From Saprolegnia diclina VS20 (taxonomy: Eukaryota), in the NCBI RefSeq assembly GCF_000281045.1, contig NW_008246069.1, positions 1,019,683 to 1,080,146 on the forward strand: a stretch of 60,464 nucleotides of DNA, written 5' to 3'. Below, in pieces: positions 21,543 to 33,584 of the stretch (position 1 is the first letter of the stretch; the number at the start of each line of letters is the position of its first letter). The notes under the pieces were generated by a model. The model had not been told where the DNA came from and made no database searches. It saw only the letters and a list, made by a program, of their open reading frames with translations. The translations under genes were made by a program, and so were the position numbers.

Positions 21543-24500
21543 ATGCAGCAGTTCCCGGCGCTCGAAGCGCTGCGCACCTCGGTACACGCGCTACTGCGTC
21601 AAGTCGACGCCCACGAGAGCGACAACAACAACTGCAGCAGCCATGCGCCGGACGCCTGCGCCGGCGACGTCTGCGCGGCCATCGAAGCGTGCTTGCACCA
21701 TGGCCTCAAGCGCGTGTCGGCCACCGAGACGGTCTCGCTCTGGGGGCTCGTCCAGTGGACCAACGTCGCCCAGCAAAAGCGGCACCGTGCGTGGCTTGCC
21801 GCCCACGCCAAGTTGCCGACTGTGGTGGCAGACGACGACTGGTACGTTGCCCGCGTCTGTGAGTCGGCGGGACCCGATCTATCATGCGCAGGTACAACGA
21901 CATGTTCAAAGACGAGCTCCAAGGCATCACATCACTGGCCGATGATAACCAGCGGCTTGAGCCCAGCGTGTCCGAAAGCCCAATGACACCGGGCTTGAAC
22001 GCGTCGATCCGCACCGCGAACTCGCTCTTGCATGTGACGACACCGATCGGGCGTGTGCGCGCCTGGATCCGCCAGTGCTGCAACACGCATATCCTCAGCG
22101 CGTGTTTGGCAGGTACCTCGCTCTCTTCGTTTTTGCATTGTTTTCGAATCCGGCCTAGGGCTCATGCATCCGCTCAACCAGGCGACGCTGCAGACGTACT
22201 TTGAGCCATCTGCGCTCTGCCTCAACGAAGACGCACGCGAGATCTTTGTCGGGCTCACATCGACATTAGATCGACTCACGTTTGGCTTTGCGCTGGATGT
22301 AGGCGCTGCCACCGCACCACCTCTCTGATCATTATGCGCGTAGAATGGACCGACCGAGGAAACCAAGGTGCTACCACCGTCGGTGCCTTCGGTCGCAGCG
22401 CCTACCAACCACAACGTCTTGCAAGTCCTCGACACCAAGGCGCAACGACTGCACGAGCTGCTACGGCATACGCTGCCTTCGATCTTGAGTCCCCGCGCGC
22501 TGGACGAAGTCGGCCCCGCCAACGAGACACCCAAACTCTTTGGTGTTCCTCTTGCGTCGCTGCTCCTGGACGCCCGGACATGTGCCATCGCACCGGTGGA
22601 CCCGCTCCTTGGTGTGCCGAATCTCTTTGAAGGCTGTTGCCGCTTGATTGACGCGGCCACGGCCGTCGGCACCCCGGGGCTGTTTGCCGCCAAGATCAAC
22701 GCCTCGCGCTTTGCGCAGCTCACGCAGCAGGTCCAAGCGGTGGGCTGCTTGAGTATTTGGAGCAGCGTGCACCACGGTATCATCCTCCTCATCAAGGTAT
22801 TTCTTCCTCTTCGATGCGCCAACTCAAAACGGTGGTAGTTTTTGAGGGACTTGCCCGACCCGATCATTCCCGCGTCGCTCTACGGCCGGTTCCGTCGGTA
22901 CGCACGTCGCCTTGTGCTTGATAGACTCATATATAGATTAGCATTCACGACTTGAAAGGGCGGCATGTGCAGGTCCTCGCCCTCACACAGCTTGTCGGCG
23001 AGTTGCACTGGAGCGTCAAACCGCTTCTATACCGGCTCTGCGCGACGATCAGCCGCGTCTTGAAGCTCTCAAACGACACGAGCGTCGACCGCCTCGCCGA
23101 CGTCTTTGTCCGCGTCTTATTCCCGCGGTCCGCACCGGCTGCCGACGAGGTAGACTCGCTGTTTAATGCAGAGCTTGTACGCATGACGCTGGTGTAGGCT
23201 TCGCTAACCCAGCTTGTCGCTCTCCTCTTTCTCAACGCCGACGCCATTTTGGCCGAGATACGCGGCGCGCTCTCCGACCGCTGCCATGTCTGTCGCCTCC
23301 TGCCTCTTCTATTCTTTGGCTGACGGTACATGTAGTACGTCATGGCCAAGCTCGAGCGTGTCGCAGCTATCCCGCGGGAGCGACGACTCGAGGTTCCGGT
23401 ACCCTACCCCTTCTCGAAACCGAACAATAGAGGACATATCGGTGTAGACTACATCGCTAGCATGGACGCAGTTTCGAGAGGCGTACGGTCTCGCATGCGA
23501 GAGCGACGACACGCTGCGTGCGTCACTCCGTGGCGGCGGCCGCCTCGTGCTCCAGTGCATGCTGCACTTTCTGGCCGAGCACCAGGAAATTGCGCAGCAG
23601 ATCATTGCGCAGCGGGCGTCGTGTGACGTCGACGCCAAGCACTACCCCGTGCGCAGTGCTAGCGTCTACCTTGTACGGATGTTGGTCGAGCTCTTGGGCT
23701 TCGACCGGACACCGAGTGCGACCGACGTCGTACGACTCTGTCGGCACTTGTAGCCATGCTAACGGCAGGAGTCCTAGGTGGACCTGGACACGAGAGCGTG
23801 GCTTGCGCGCTGCGACGGCGTCTGCGACGAACCGTTGATGCCGCTACCGACACACGCCGGTGTCGCGCTTGTCACGCGCGGTCTCTGGCCGTACGATCAA
23901 TAGCGATTCGAAATGGGTTGCAGACCAAGTGGACTAGGCTGTTTGACGACGCCAAGGCGTTCGAGCGGCTGTTTGGCATGAGTCTGCTGCTCTTTGATCG
24001 CAACTGGACACGGTCGGGTACGCAAAACGTTGATTGAACTATCGCAAAATGTTGATGCACACTATTGTCATGTAGGCGCAACGTGCATGGACTTTAGCAC
24101 GATCTTGACCGAAACGCAGTGTCAGATGCAATCGCTCTTACGCGACGAGCCAGAGACGATCTCGGACCTCTGGCAGCGCTGGTCCGACCGCATCTCACAG
24201 CAGTATCTGCAGCCCGCTACCCAAGCCCCCCGTAGGTCGCATCGATGCAGCAACACAATGACACCAGTCGTAGGGGCCCTCGCGCACATGCGGTCGTACG
24301 TTGTGGTGTGGGAAGGCGGCCTCACGGTGCGCGCAGCGCCTACCACCAAGTGCGAAGCGCTGGGCACTCGACGCAAGGGGGTACGCCTGCGCCTGGGTGG
24401 CGCGACCACTGATGGACCAGCTAGGACCGCATCGAGACAGTGCTGAAGGCAGGCGATTGGCTCAAGATTCGTGATGCCCCGGGTGTGCAGGACGCTGGGT

Positions 24501-24550
24501 GGGTGCGCCGGCGAACAGCCACCGCTACGCTGCTCGAGCTCGTTGCGTAG
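21543..24550 (+). CDS. Multidomain small-GTPase regulator: RUN + RhoGAP-like + ELMO/CED-12 + C-terminal SH3b-like domain; many introns
   Basis: RUN: CAAIEACLHHGLK, GRVRAWIRQCCN...L, YFEPSAL. RhoGAP: KLFGVPL, GVP..FEGCC, FLRDLPDPIIP. ELMO: LRGGGRLVLQCMLHF, YPVRSASVYL, FDRNW...ATCMDF. SH3b: LTVRAAPTTKCEALGT..KGD.I...GDWLKI...GWV. Confidence 0.7.
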
Positions 24551-24641
24551 CGTACACCGGGTCACACGACAGTAGATTCTAGTTGTAAATGGAATATTTG
24601 GTATGGCACAGTCTATGAGAAACACACAAGGCGGTCGTCAC

Positions 24642-25746
24642 TTAGCTCACTTGCTGGAGCCAGATGCGCGTCTTGTACAGGCCAAAGAGGTCGCGCACGA
24701 GCTCGCGAAAGTCGATGCGTCTACAAACCATAAGACAATATTGGCCAACACCATAGAAGTACCGTTGGGCTTGAAAGAAGAAAGTGAGTTTGTGCCGGTC
24801 AAACTGGAATTCTGCGTCGAGGACGACCATGGGCAAAAAGCGCTGGCGCACCTTGGCCCGGCACACCTCGAGCACGAGAGCTTCCTCTTCCAGCTAGTAG
24901 CGCAAGCGGTGTCATGAGCGTAGAAGGCTATAGAACGCTACCTTGAGCGAAAGCTGCTCGAGCTCGGCGGCCACGACGCCTCGAAGAATCCGCTTCGGTG
25001 GCACCGAGAGACGCTGCGGCTCCAAAAGAGACGTGCTTTGCATGTACGCCTGGTTGGCCCACAAGTGGTCGAGGGTCGCGCCGGCGCAGACGATAACACC
25101 AACGTCGTAGCCGCGGTCGGCCTCGACCTACTTGGGCGTCGCCAATACGACAGATTTGCTTGCACGTACCTTGACGAAATCGCCAAGTGCAAAGTGCGCG
25201 TAGCCCACAAAAATGCTGCGCCGACCGCGCTTGAACTCGACCTCAAAGTATACGACGCTTTGCGCTGGCGGCATGGCGTAGGCGTGCGCGGACAAATCAT
25301 GATCGTAGTACGACGCTGCGTAGCTCAGAGGCGACGCATGAGAGCTCGCGGTAGGTGTAGCGTACGAGGCTTGTAGCGGGCGCTAGGCATGGCCACGTGA
25401 GCGTTGGCACGACGACGAGACAGGCAGGGTACACTACGTGTGCGTCAGGTGGCACAAAGCTCGGCGCAAGTGCGCGCAGGGTCGGCGCCACCACCACGTC
25501 GCGGCTACTTGCTGGCTCTTCGGGCGACCGCGTCCAGATGGCGTCGTCGCGCTGGTTGTCGCCACTGCTGCTGTTGCTGTCGGTCGAGCTCTTCCGGCCC
25601 TTCCACGTCTCGAGCTTGCTCTGCGTGCGGCGTGGCGCTTGGAAGCTAATGAGGCTCGCGAACGCGCTCAGGTCGAGGTCGTCCAGGCTCGTCTGGTTGC
25701 TCTCGTCGTCGGCCGTCGCCGGCGGCAACGTCCATCGCGCGAGCAT
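24642..25746 (-). CDS. PSP1 C-terminal domain protein (PSP1/YaaT family); multi-exon
   Basis: [22 protein letters not shown] and [18 protein letters not shown]...[24 protein letters not shown], the PSP1 signature. Confidence 0.88.
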
Positions 25747-26803
25747 GGCGTTTGAATCTTTTTTGGATATCCGACTGCTTGACGCAAGCCACGCGCACAT
25801 ACAAACTTCAAGTTCTGGCGCTGTAGCGGTTTCATATTTTATCACTTGGTATTTGTATCGATGGCCGAGAAACCGCTATATTATTAATTCGGCGCCGTTT
25901 CATCCGAATTCATGCCACGAATTACTGGAGTCGGTACGAATTACGATCCGCACTTGGTCCGACCGAGACTGGAGCTGCCTCGACAGCTCACGCTACATAG
26001 TATGGAGACGTCGGCAGTCAAATATGGCTGTGGGGTCCTCTTCCAAGGGCCGAGCGTTTCTAGGACGAGGCAGTGCAAGTAATATTTCAATCTCATCCGA
26101 TCGACTGCAGTATGTAGTTGGCTCAAGTAGCTACGTGGGCTTGCGTGTAGCGGCCTGTGTTCAGCGATCTCACTGGCGAAGCGAATGGTAGGACGGTCTA
26201 GTGAGCTGGTCTAGTGTGGGTTCAGAGCTCCAGAAACGACACGTTGAACCCCGGAAGTTCTCCCAGAGTTCACCATCGCGTTCGAAGTGGCCGGTGGCAA
26301 CGGCGCAACGTCATTCGCCTCCTACCGGTGTGAGAACTCACAGTACTGCGTAGTTTGGCAGTGAATAGCCTTCTCTTTATGGAGGCAAGGACTACAACCA
26401 ACAATTAACTTCTCTCCAACGAGGATTCTGCTGGCATTTCATATTGCACTTCAAGAAGACCTGATATTTAAATGAGCACCTACGCTGGTGCATGTATCAA
26501 GATACGCACCTACGTTGTCCCACGTACGGGCGACCAAAGGGGATAGAGCGGGTCCGCATCGATTATCGCATGGCAGCTACACCGCCGAGACCTTGACACA
26601 AAGCAACACGAACATACGAAAGGGTACCAGGGCTTTGATCGCGGGAGCTCGCTCTTCGCACTCGGCAAGACGCCACCTTAAAGCACTTCGATGGGCGCCC
26701 TTTCTAGAAAAGGTGCACCCGTATAGGTGCGCTTTTCCAGCGACGTTATCATCTGGCTCGAAGAATCCGTCCTTTCTAATGCGGCCGTCAGTGTCAATCG
26801 TGC

Positions 26804-27730
26804 ATGTGGAGAGGAGGGCTCGTACTTGCGGCCGTGGTGTCGGCGCTGGCTGCGCCGCTCCCAGCAACTGTATTGAACCTTACCCGCTGGGCGCTCGACC
26901 TTCCCGAGGCGACCCCGAACGCGACAGAGGCGCTGCGCCTGTACCATCCTGCGCTCGACACGTACGTGTCTCCCGCGTTCACCGTCGAGGGCGACGGCGT
27001 TGCGCTCACGACGCCCGTCGACGGTGCCCACACATACAACGCCAAGTACCCTCGCGTCGAGCTACGTGAAGTCAAGCCGAATGCTCGGAATGCTTCGTGG
27101 CTGCGCAACTGGGACCCGACGCAAGGCGCGTCGGTGCACGAGCTTGCGGTGACGCTGGACGTGGCCTCGCTGCCGCCGCAGCACGCACAAACCGTCGTTG
27201 CGCAGGTCAAGGGCGAGAAGGCGTGTCTCATGATCAAAGTGCAAGCAGCCTCGAACAGCGGGTTCGAGATCGTGGTCGTCAACCAGTTTTACCCGCCGCC
27301 GCACCAGCTCCTCGGTGTCCTCGACGCAAACTACGCGCTCGGCCGTCGCTTCAGCTTGAAGCTCCAGCTGCACCAAGGCCGCGTCCTTATTTACTACAAG
27401 GACATGATGACACCGGCGATCGCGGCGCCTTTCCGAGACAAAGTCGATTGCAACTGCCGGAACGAGACGTCGACGCACGCACTGTGCTACTTCAAGACGG
27501 GCAACTACCTGCAGTCCAACACATCGTTCGACGCGCCGTCGTCGACAAGCGTCGTGCACCTCTACCACCTCCAGGCGTCGCATGCGAACGCGACCGCCCA
27601 ACTGCCGTCCAACGCTTCGACCATTGTCAAGCCGGGTGCGACGACCAGCCACGCCGACGCGCCGGTCTCGCTACACGCCCTTACATTTTTCATGGCGTTC
27701 GTCTCTCATGTCGTCTCGGTCTTGTATTAA
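26804..27730 (+). CDS. Polysaccharide lyase family 7 (alginate lyase-like), secreted, with C-terminal hydrophobic (GPI-like) tail; intronless
   Basis: Signal peptide; LNLTRWALDLP; YPRVELRE (RxELR motif); VVAQVKG (position of the Q[IV]H motif); YFKTGNYLQSN (YFKxGxYxQ motif); S/T-rich spacer and terminal hydrophobic segment. Confidence 0.82.
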   Translation: MWRGGLVLAAVVSALAAPLPATVLNLTRWALDLPEATPNATEALRLYHPALDTYVSPAFTVEGDGVALTTPVDGAHTYNAKYPRVELREVKPNARNASWLRNWDPTQGASVHELAVTLDVASLPPQHAQTVVAQVKGEKACLMIKVQAASNSGFEIVVVNQFYPPPHQLLGVLDANYALGRRFSLKLQLHQGRVLIYYKDMMTPAIAAPFRDKVDCNCRNETSTHALCYFKTGNYLQSNTSFDAPSSTSVVHLYHLQASHANATAQLPSNASTIVKPGATTSHADAPVSLHALTFFMAFVSHVVSVLY

Positions 27731-27761
27731 CGCGCATATTGTCTGTGCGTCAAGTGTGTTT

Positions 27762-27806
27762 ACCCTAGCCCTACGCCAACCCTAGCCCTCTGTCAACCCT
27801 AGCCCT
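27762..27806. repeat. Three spaced copies of ACCCTAGCCCT
   Basis: Copies at ~27762, 27779 and 27796, directly after the PL7 stop codon. Confidence 0.6.
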
Positions 27807-28089
27807 CCGTGACGCCCCAACAAACCCAACGAGTCGCTGCACACACCTTGCGCTGTTGATCGGCAAGTGCGTACTCGATGTATGGCGTTTGGTAGCGTTG
27901 ACACAAGCCATTTGATCGAGTCAAGAAGGGCTAGTTCTTGCCGACTTTAGATAGTCTAGCGGATCAGACGCTGGTGGATCAATAGATAAAACCGGGTTCG
28001 AGTCCGGGAGGCGCCATTTGATTGATGGGGCATTGGACTGCTCGAGTCGACTGCGCAAAGTCTCTGGTGCATGGAGATAACGCATAGTC

Positions 28090-31000
28090 TTAGTACATGA
28101 TAGGGTACGCATCGGTCAAGTCGGCGCGAGGACCTCCTTTCTGAGCGTGCGTTGTTGTTGCGATATGCGTTATGAAGCAGCGCCAGAGCTTGAGGTCGAG
28201 TGCGACGACCGAATCACGTCGCCGGAGCGTGAGGATGCCATCGATGGCCGCCGACGCACGGTCCAAGTAGTAGACGTCGCCGTGCGTTCGCAACGAGTGG
28301 TTGTACAGGTACCTCGCATTGGCCGACAAGAGGTGCGAGCGGACGCCCAGAGCCGGCGGCGGCCCGACCAATCGCCGCACGGCCAGAAAGCTCAGCACGT
28401 TCCACGCCACGACAAGCAAAACGAGCTGCAAGAAGCGCGGGAACGACCCGATGCCCAAGGACCCGCTGTCGCAGCGCACGTCAAAGTCGACATCAACCAG
28501 GGCACACTGCCGCGCCAACGTCATTTGCGCCGTGACGGGCGAGAAAAGCGTTAGCGTCGCCACCGAGACCCACACCAGCGCCGAATTGAGTGTGACGTAG
28601 TAGCTCGCATACGTCTGCGTCGCCACCAATCCAAGGTCCGTCACAATGGCCGAAAGCCACGTGACTTCGGTCGCGGCCAAAGCGACCTTGTGCCATGGCG
28701 TGGCCACCGTATAAAACATCGAGACCGAGCCGACGCGGACGAGATCGATCGACACTGTCGACAGAAGCGCGACTGCCGTGAGACTCCGAAGCAGCAAGAG
28801 CGGTCGTCCCACCCAAACAATACCACCCACACGGCAGAGCTCAAACATGTTTAAGCCCTCGACGTGGTTTCTCGAGCGGACGAGGTAGCCGGTTGCAAGC
28901 GTCGCAACAAGAAGCATGACGCACGAGACGTACGAGACGGCGAGACGGCAGTAGACAGCGGCGTTGGTCGTAACAAGGTCCGTCGGTACTTGCTGGAGCA
29001 ACGCCGGCTGGAGGTCCGAGAGCAACGTGAGCGTTCCGACATCGCCCTGAAACGAGACGACTTCGCGATACCCGAGCACCCAGTCGTAGAGGTACATGTA
29101 GCCAAAAAACCAAAAGTTGGCGTCTTGCAGGTCCAGCACCGGCGTATGCAGCAGCGTCAGGGGCGACGTGGTGTTGAGCCGCGCGTAGAGCATAAACCGA
29201 ATGTCGAGGGTAAGAAGCGCCGCGTGCACGGATGCGATGGTCGACGCATCGAAACCCGTCAAGTACGTCGTCACAAATACGAGGGTTTTGGTGACGTAAG
29301 CGGCACACGCCGCCTTGTTGTTGGCGTCGTACACACAGGTCCGTGGCACGTCGATTTGCGAAGCGGTTTTGAACCCTAACCCCGATAGCACGGCAGAAGT
29401 GAGATAGTGCTGGCGTGTCGGGATGATGCGGGCGATGGCCGACGACGACGACGAGCATGGAAAGTCAAATGATGGAAGACTCGAAAAGCCTGCGGTGCCA
29501 ACCGGTTGGCCGTTGGAATACTCGGCGCAGAGCGGTGAGCCACCAAACGACGCATAGTTGGGGCCACCCCAAATGCGCGGAATCGGGTACGACGCACTGA
29601 GAGTCGCAATCTTTAGAAAGTCGGCTTGCGCGGTCGAATTGGCTGCGATGACCGACCGCGTAGCACGCAGAATCGCCCGGACCAGCGCGCTCACGAGCGT
29701 CGGGACGGGCATATAGACCGTGTCAATGACACCAAAGGGCCCGAGCTCGTGCGTGATCAGCGACAAGCCCGCACTGAGCGGTGCGTTGAGGACCTTGGAG
29801 TCTGTGAGCACGACTTGCAGCGTCGTATTCTGGAAAGCAAAACGCGCGCTGTTGCGAAGGAGGCTCCCTCCGCCGATGCGACTGGCATTGGTCGTGATCG
29901 AGCCAAAGTCGTTGGCGAGCGACCAGTACATTTTGTTGGACGTTGACCGAAGGATGCGAAAGCCGCCATCAATGCGAAGGAGCGTCATGGGATACGAGAC
30001 GCCAAACGCGTTGACNNNNNNNNNNNNNNNNNNNNNNNNNNNNNNNNNNNNNNNNNNNNNNNNNNNNNNNNNNNNNNNNNNNNNNNNNNNNNNNNNNNNN
30101 NNNNNNNNNNNNNNNNNNNNNNNNNNNNNNNNNNNNNNNNNNNNNNNNNNNNNNNNNNNNNNNNNNNNNNNNNNNNNNNNNNNNNNNNNNNNNNNNNNNN
30201 NNNNNNNNNNNNNNNNNNNNNNNNNNNNNNNNNNNNNNNNNNNNNNNNNNNNNNNNNNNNNNNNNNNNNNNNNNNNNNNNNNNNNNNNNNNNNNNNNNNN
30301 NNNNNNNNNNNNNNNNNNNNNNNNNNNNNNNNNNNNNNNNNNNNNNNNNNNNNNNNNNNNNNNNNNNNNNNNNNNNNNNNNNNNNNNNNNNNNNNNNNNN
30401 NNNNNNNNNNNNNNNNNNNNNNNNNNNNNNNNNNNNNNNNNNNNNNNNNNNNNNNNNNNNNNNNNNNNNNNNNNNNNNNNNNNNNNNNNNNNNNNNNNNN
30501 NNNNNNNNNNNNNNNNNNNNNNNNNNNNNNNNNNNNNNNNNNNNNNNNNNNNNNNNNNNNNNNNNNNNNNNNNNNNNNNNNNNNNNNNNNNNNNNGCAAA
30601 AAACGCGTGGTGGCCCGTGACGTTGAAGTTGGGCCAAAAAAAATCATTGGACAAGTTGACACGGGAAATTTCGAGGAACGAGACCGAGCTCACGATGGAC
30701 GAGACCATGTAGACAAACCCAGCGGCCGCGACAACGCGCCGAGCGCGGTACAGCAGTCGTGTCGGGCCCGGCGCGTCGTCAGCGACCATTGGCGCAGCGC
30801 CTGCGTTCGGTGCGTGGCCTTCAAGAAGCACCACATCGCCGATCGACGTCGAGTCGAGCAGAAGCGTCCACGAGCGCAACGCAAACACGTAGCGTACACC
30901 AAACCAGCGAAACGGAAGAAGTCCGACAAGGACGCAGCTCGCTTTGTCCACCGTGATGGTCGAGCCGTGCGTCGAGACTGGTACCAAGAAGGCTTGACTT

Positions 31001-33409
31001 ACCGCCGGGAGCAAGAGGCTTTGGTGCGCCGCCGATGGCGGCCGGCGTCGCCGTCCACCTAGAACCGCGGGCACGATAGCCGCAACGAGCTCAAGACCAA
31101 GCAGGAAAAGGAAGCGCGCAAGGCTACCGACCTCGAGGCTGCCAGCCGAGCACGCAAGTCCATAGTCCATGTCATTCCCAACGCACGTTCGCTGTATCGA
31201 GGCCACCGGAAGGACGGGCAGCGCGACGTCAAGCGCACACAGAACGACCCACAGCGCCAAGCTCGCGGTTGGCCCATAGGTGACGATTGCGTTTGGCCAG
31301 CCGACTAAGAGGAGTTCGTGCAGGCTGTAGCTCAGCCACGTCGCTTCACTGGCCACGATGGCGGTATCGAGCCAGGACCGCGGTGCTAACACTAAGAACG
31401 AATCGCTGTTCTGACGACGTAATGCCAGCTGCGATGTGCTTTGAAGGACAAGGGCGGTGAGGCCGCGGAAGGCCATGAGCGCCCGACCGAGCCAGACACC
31501 GCCTGCGAGCCGGTTGAAGCGCCAGAGGTTGCTACTGTGGAGGCGAAACCCGCAGTGTATCGCATGCAGTAGCAAGATGCCACCGAGGACGACCAAGACA
31601 CACGACGAGGCCAGCACGACGTAGTAGAGGTGGCTCGTTGCCACTTGCAGCGCCGCGTTGCTGGTCACATGCGCCTGGCTGTCGTAGGCAGACGAGAGAA
31701 GCGTCATCGACGCGACGTCGCCTTGAAACGATACGACTTCGCGCGTCCCCATCGCCCAGTCATGCAGAAGACACCACCCAAAAACCGTCCATACATCATC
31801 GTCCTTGTCCGAATGAGGTAGCAGCGGCTGTGTCAGGAGCTGCATGGTCGCGTTGGAAGATGACGCAAACTGCATGATATTCACGCCCTGCGTCGCTGCA
31901 CGTAGGGTAGATACCAAAGCATCTGGTAGCGGGGGGAGGTTGGCTTGCAGTGACGTGGCAGCCGCTATGGACGTAACGCAATGTATCGCTGTCGAGTACG
32001 TGCAGATGGAGGACGGCAGAGGCTGCGCAGTGACCCACGCTGCCCAGAGGAGATGAGCCTCGGTCAATATGAGGCCAAAGGGAATGACACGGGTGCAGTC
32101 GTTGAAAAACCCAAATTGATCTTGCACAAACGACGACGAGGACGACGACGTGCACGACGGGTCACCGCCGTAGAATGTAAGGTTTCGCCATAGCAATGGT
32201 TGCGGGTTGACGCTGAGTTCGAGTAGCTCTGCTCTTCCGTAGGTCGACCCGTCGAGCTCTGTTCGCAACGTATGTTGAAAGGTACTGACGGCCGACACGA
32301 GTGCATTTGGTGGTGCAATGTAGAGACTATCGATCGACAGGTAGGGCCCGAGCGACTCGTGCAAGGCCTTGGTGACGCCTGAAAGGACTTTGATGCCTTG
32401 CCACGCCTCCAAGTTGATGGCGGGCAAGGCGCTGATGTTGGCGCCAAAGAAGCGACTCGTGCCCCGGACAAAGCTCCGGTTCATGGTCATACCGCAGTAC
32501 AAGTCGTTGAGTGGCATCCAAAAGAGGCTCTGGGACGACCACGGACCGGTAACTTGGTCGAGCGCTTTGAGTGTGTAGCTCTGCTGCATTCCGAGAGCGT
32601 TCGAAACCACAATCGTTTCGAAGACGCCGGGTTGCCACCGACTTTGCCACTGCAGCTTAAAGGTCGACAAGTTGTACGACCGCCAGTAGGTTAGTTCGTC
32701 GGCCACCGACGTTGTGTTGGCCGCCGTTGCCATTTGCGATAGAAACGAGCGACCTGCGATGGTTTCNNNNNNNNNNNNNNNNNNNNNNNNNNNNNNNNNN
32801 NNNNNNNNNNNNNNNNNNNNNNNNNNNNNNNNNNNNNNNNNNNNNNNNNNNNNNNNNNNNNNNNNNNNNNNNNNNNNNNNNNNNNNNNNNNNNNNNNNNN
32901 NNNNNNNNNNNNNNNNNNNNNNNNNNNNNNNNNNNNNNNNNNNNNNNNNNNNNNNNNNNNNNNNNNNNNNNNNNNNNNNNNNNNNNNNNNNNNNNNNNNN
33001 NNNNNNNNNNNGCGTACTCGATGGACGTGAGCTCGCCGAGGAGCAAACGCCGCATGTACGAAGGGTAGATGCTCGTGTTGGACTCGGCGCTCGCGTACGT
33101 CTTGGCCACGACCGACGTGGGCGCGAGAAGATCGAGCGAGCCATTGGCTTGCGTGGATAAGAACTGGTTGACGAGGTCGACGAGAAAAGCTTGGTGGCCC
33201 GACACGTTGTAGCCGGCCCACCACAGGTCGTTGGCGAAGCTGGGCTGGAGCAACTGCAGGTACCGGACGCCGGCGGCGAGCGACGCGATAACGTAGACAA
33301 GACTTGCGCCTGCAACAAGGCGCTGGCGCGTGGTCACGACGTGCAGTGGCAGCACTGGCCCGGCGAGGCGGACGCTGCCCGTCCCCACCTGGGGCCCAAC
33401 GCGGCTCAT
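28090..33409 (-). CDS. Large multi-pass membrane protein of an expanded Saprolegniales family, two internal repeat units, interrupted by two assembly gaps
   Basis: Starts MSRVGP (33409). Each unit contains ND[LF][WF]W..[YF]NV[ST]GH.AF, NA[LF]G...Y, LGP[YF]..ID..Y, DW..G.REVVSFQGDV, a R[LV][AG]G.VW.GR.L...R.LTA motif and DxAS....G. The frame change falls inside an N-gap. Confidence 0.75.
30016..30595. other. Assembly gap (580 N)
   Basis: Run of N. Confidence 1.
32767..33011. other. Assembly gap (245 N)
   Basis: Run of N. Confidence 1.
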
Positions 33410-33584
33410 TATCGGTTATAACCGGTGCGCCGTTTCATAGTGGCCTTTCTAGCAGCAGACAAAACCTTCCACCTTTGCGTCCACCAAGAGCGCTAGCATT
33501 GCAGGTGGTAAGCAGAGGCATCTCCCGTATTGGCTAGCAATGTCACACAGTGCGTTATGACACACGCGCGTCAATGTTTTGTCA

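Noticed and set aside
33012..33318. N-terminus of the 1742-aa ORF as given in the ORF track
   Set aside because: Wrong frame upstream of the N-gap; the family-like sequence is in the frame starting at 33409.
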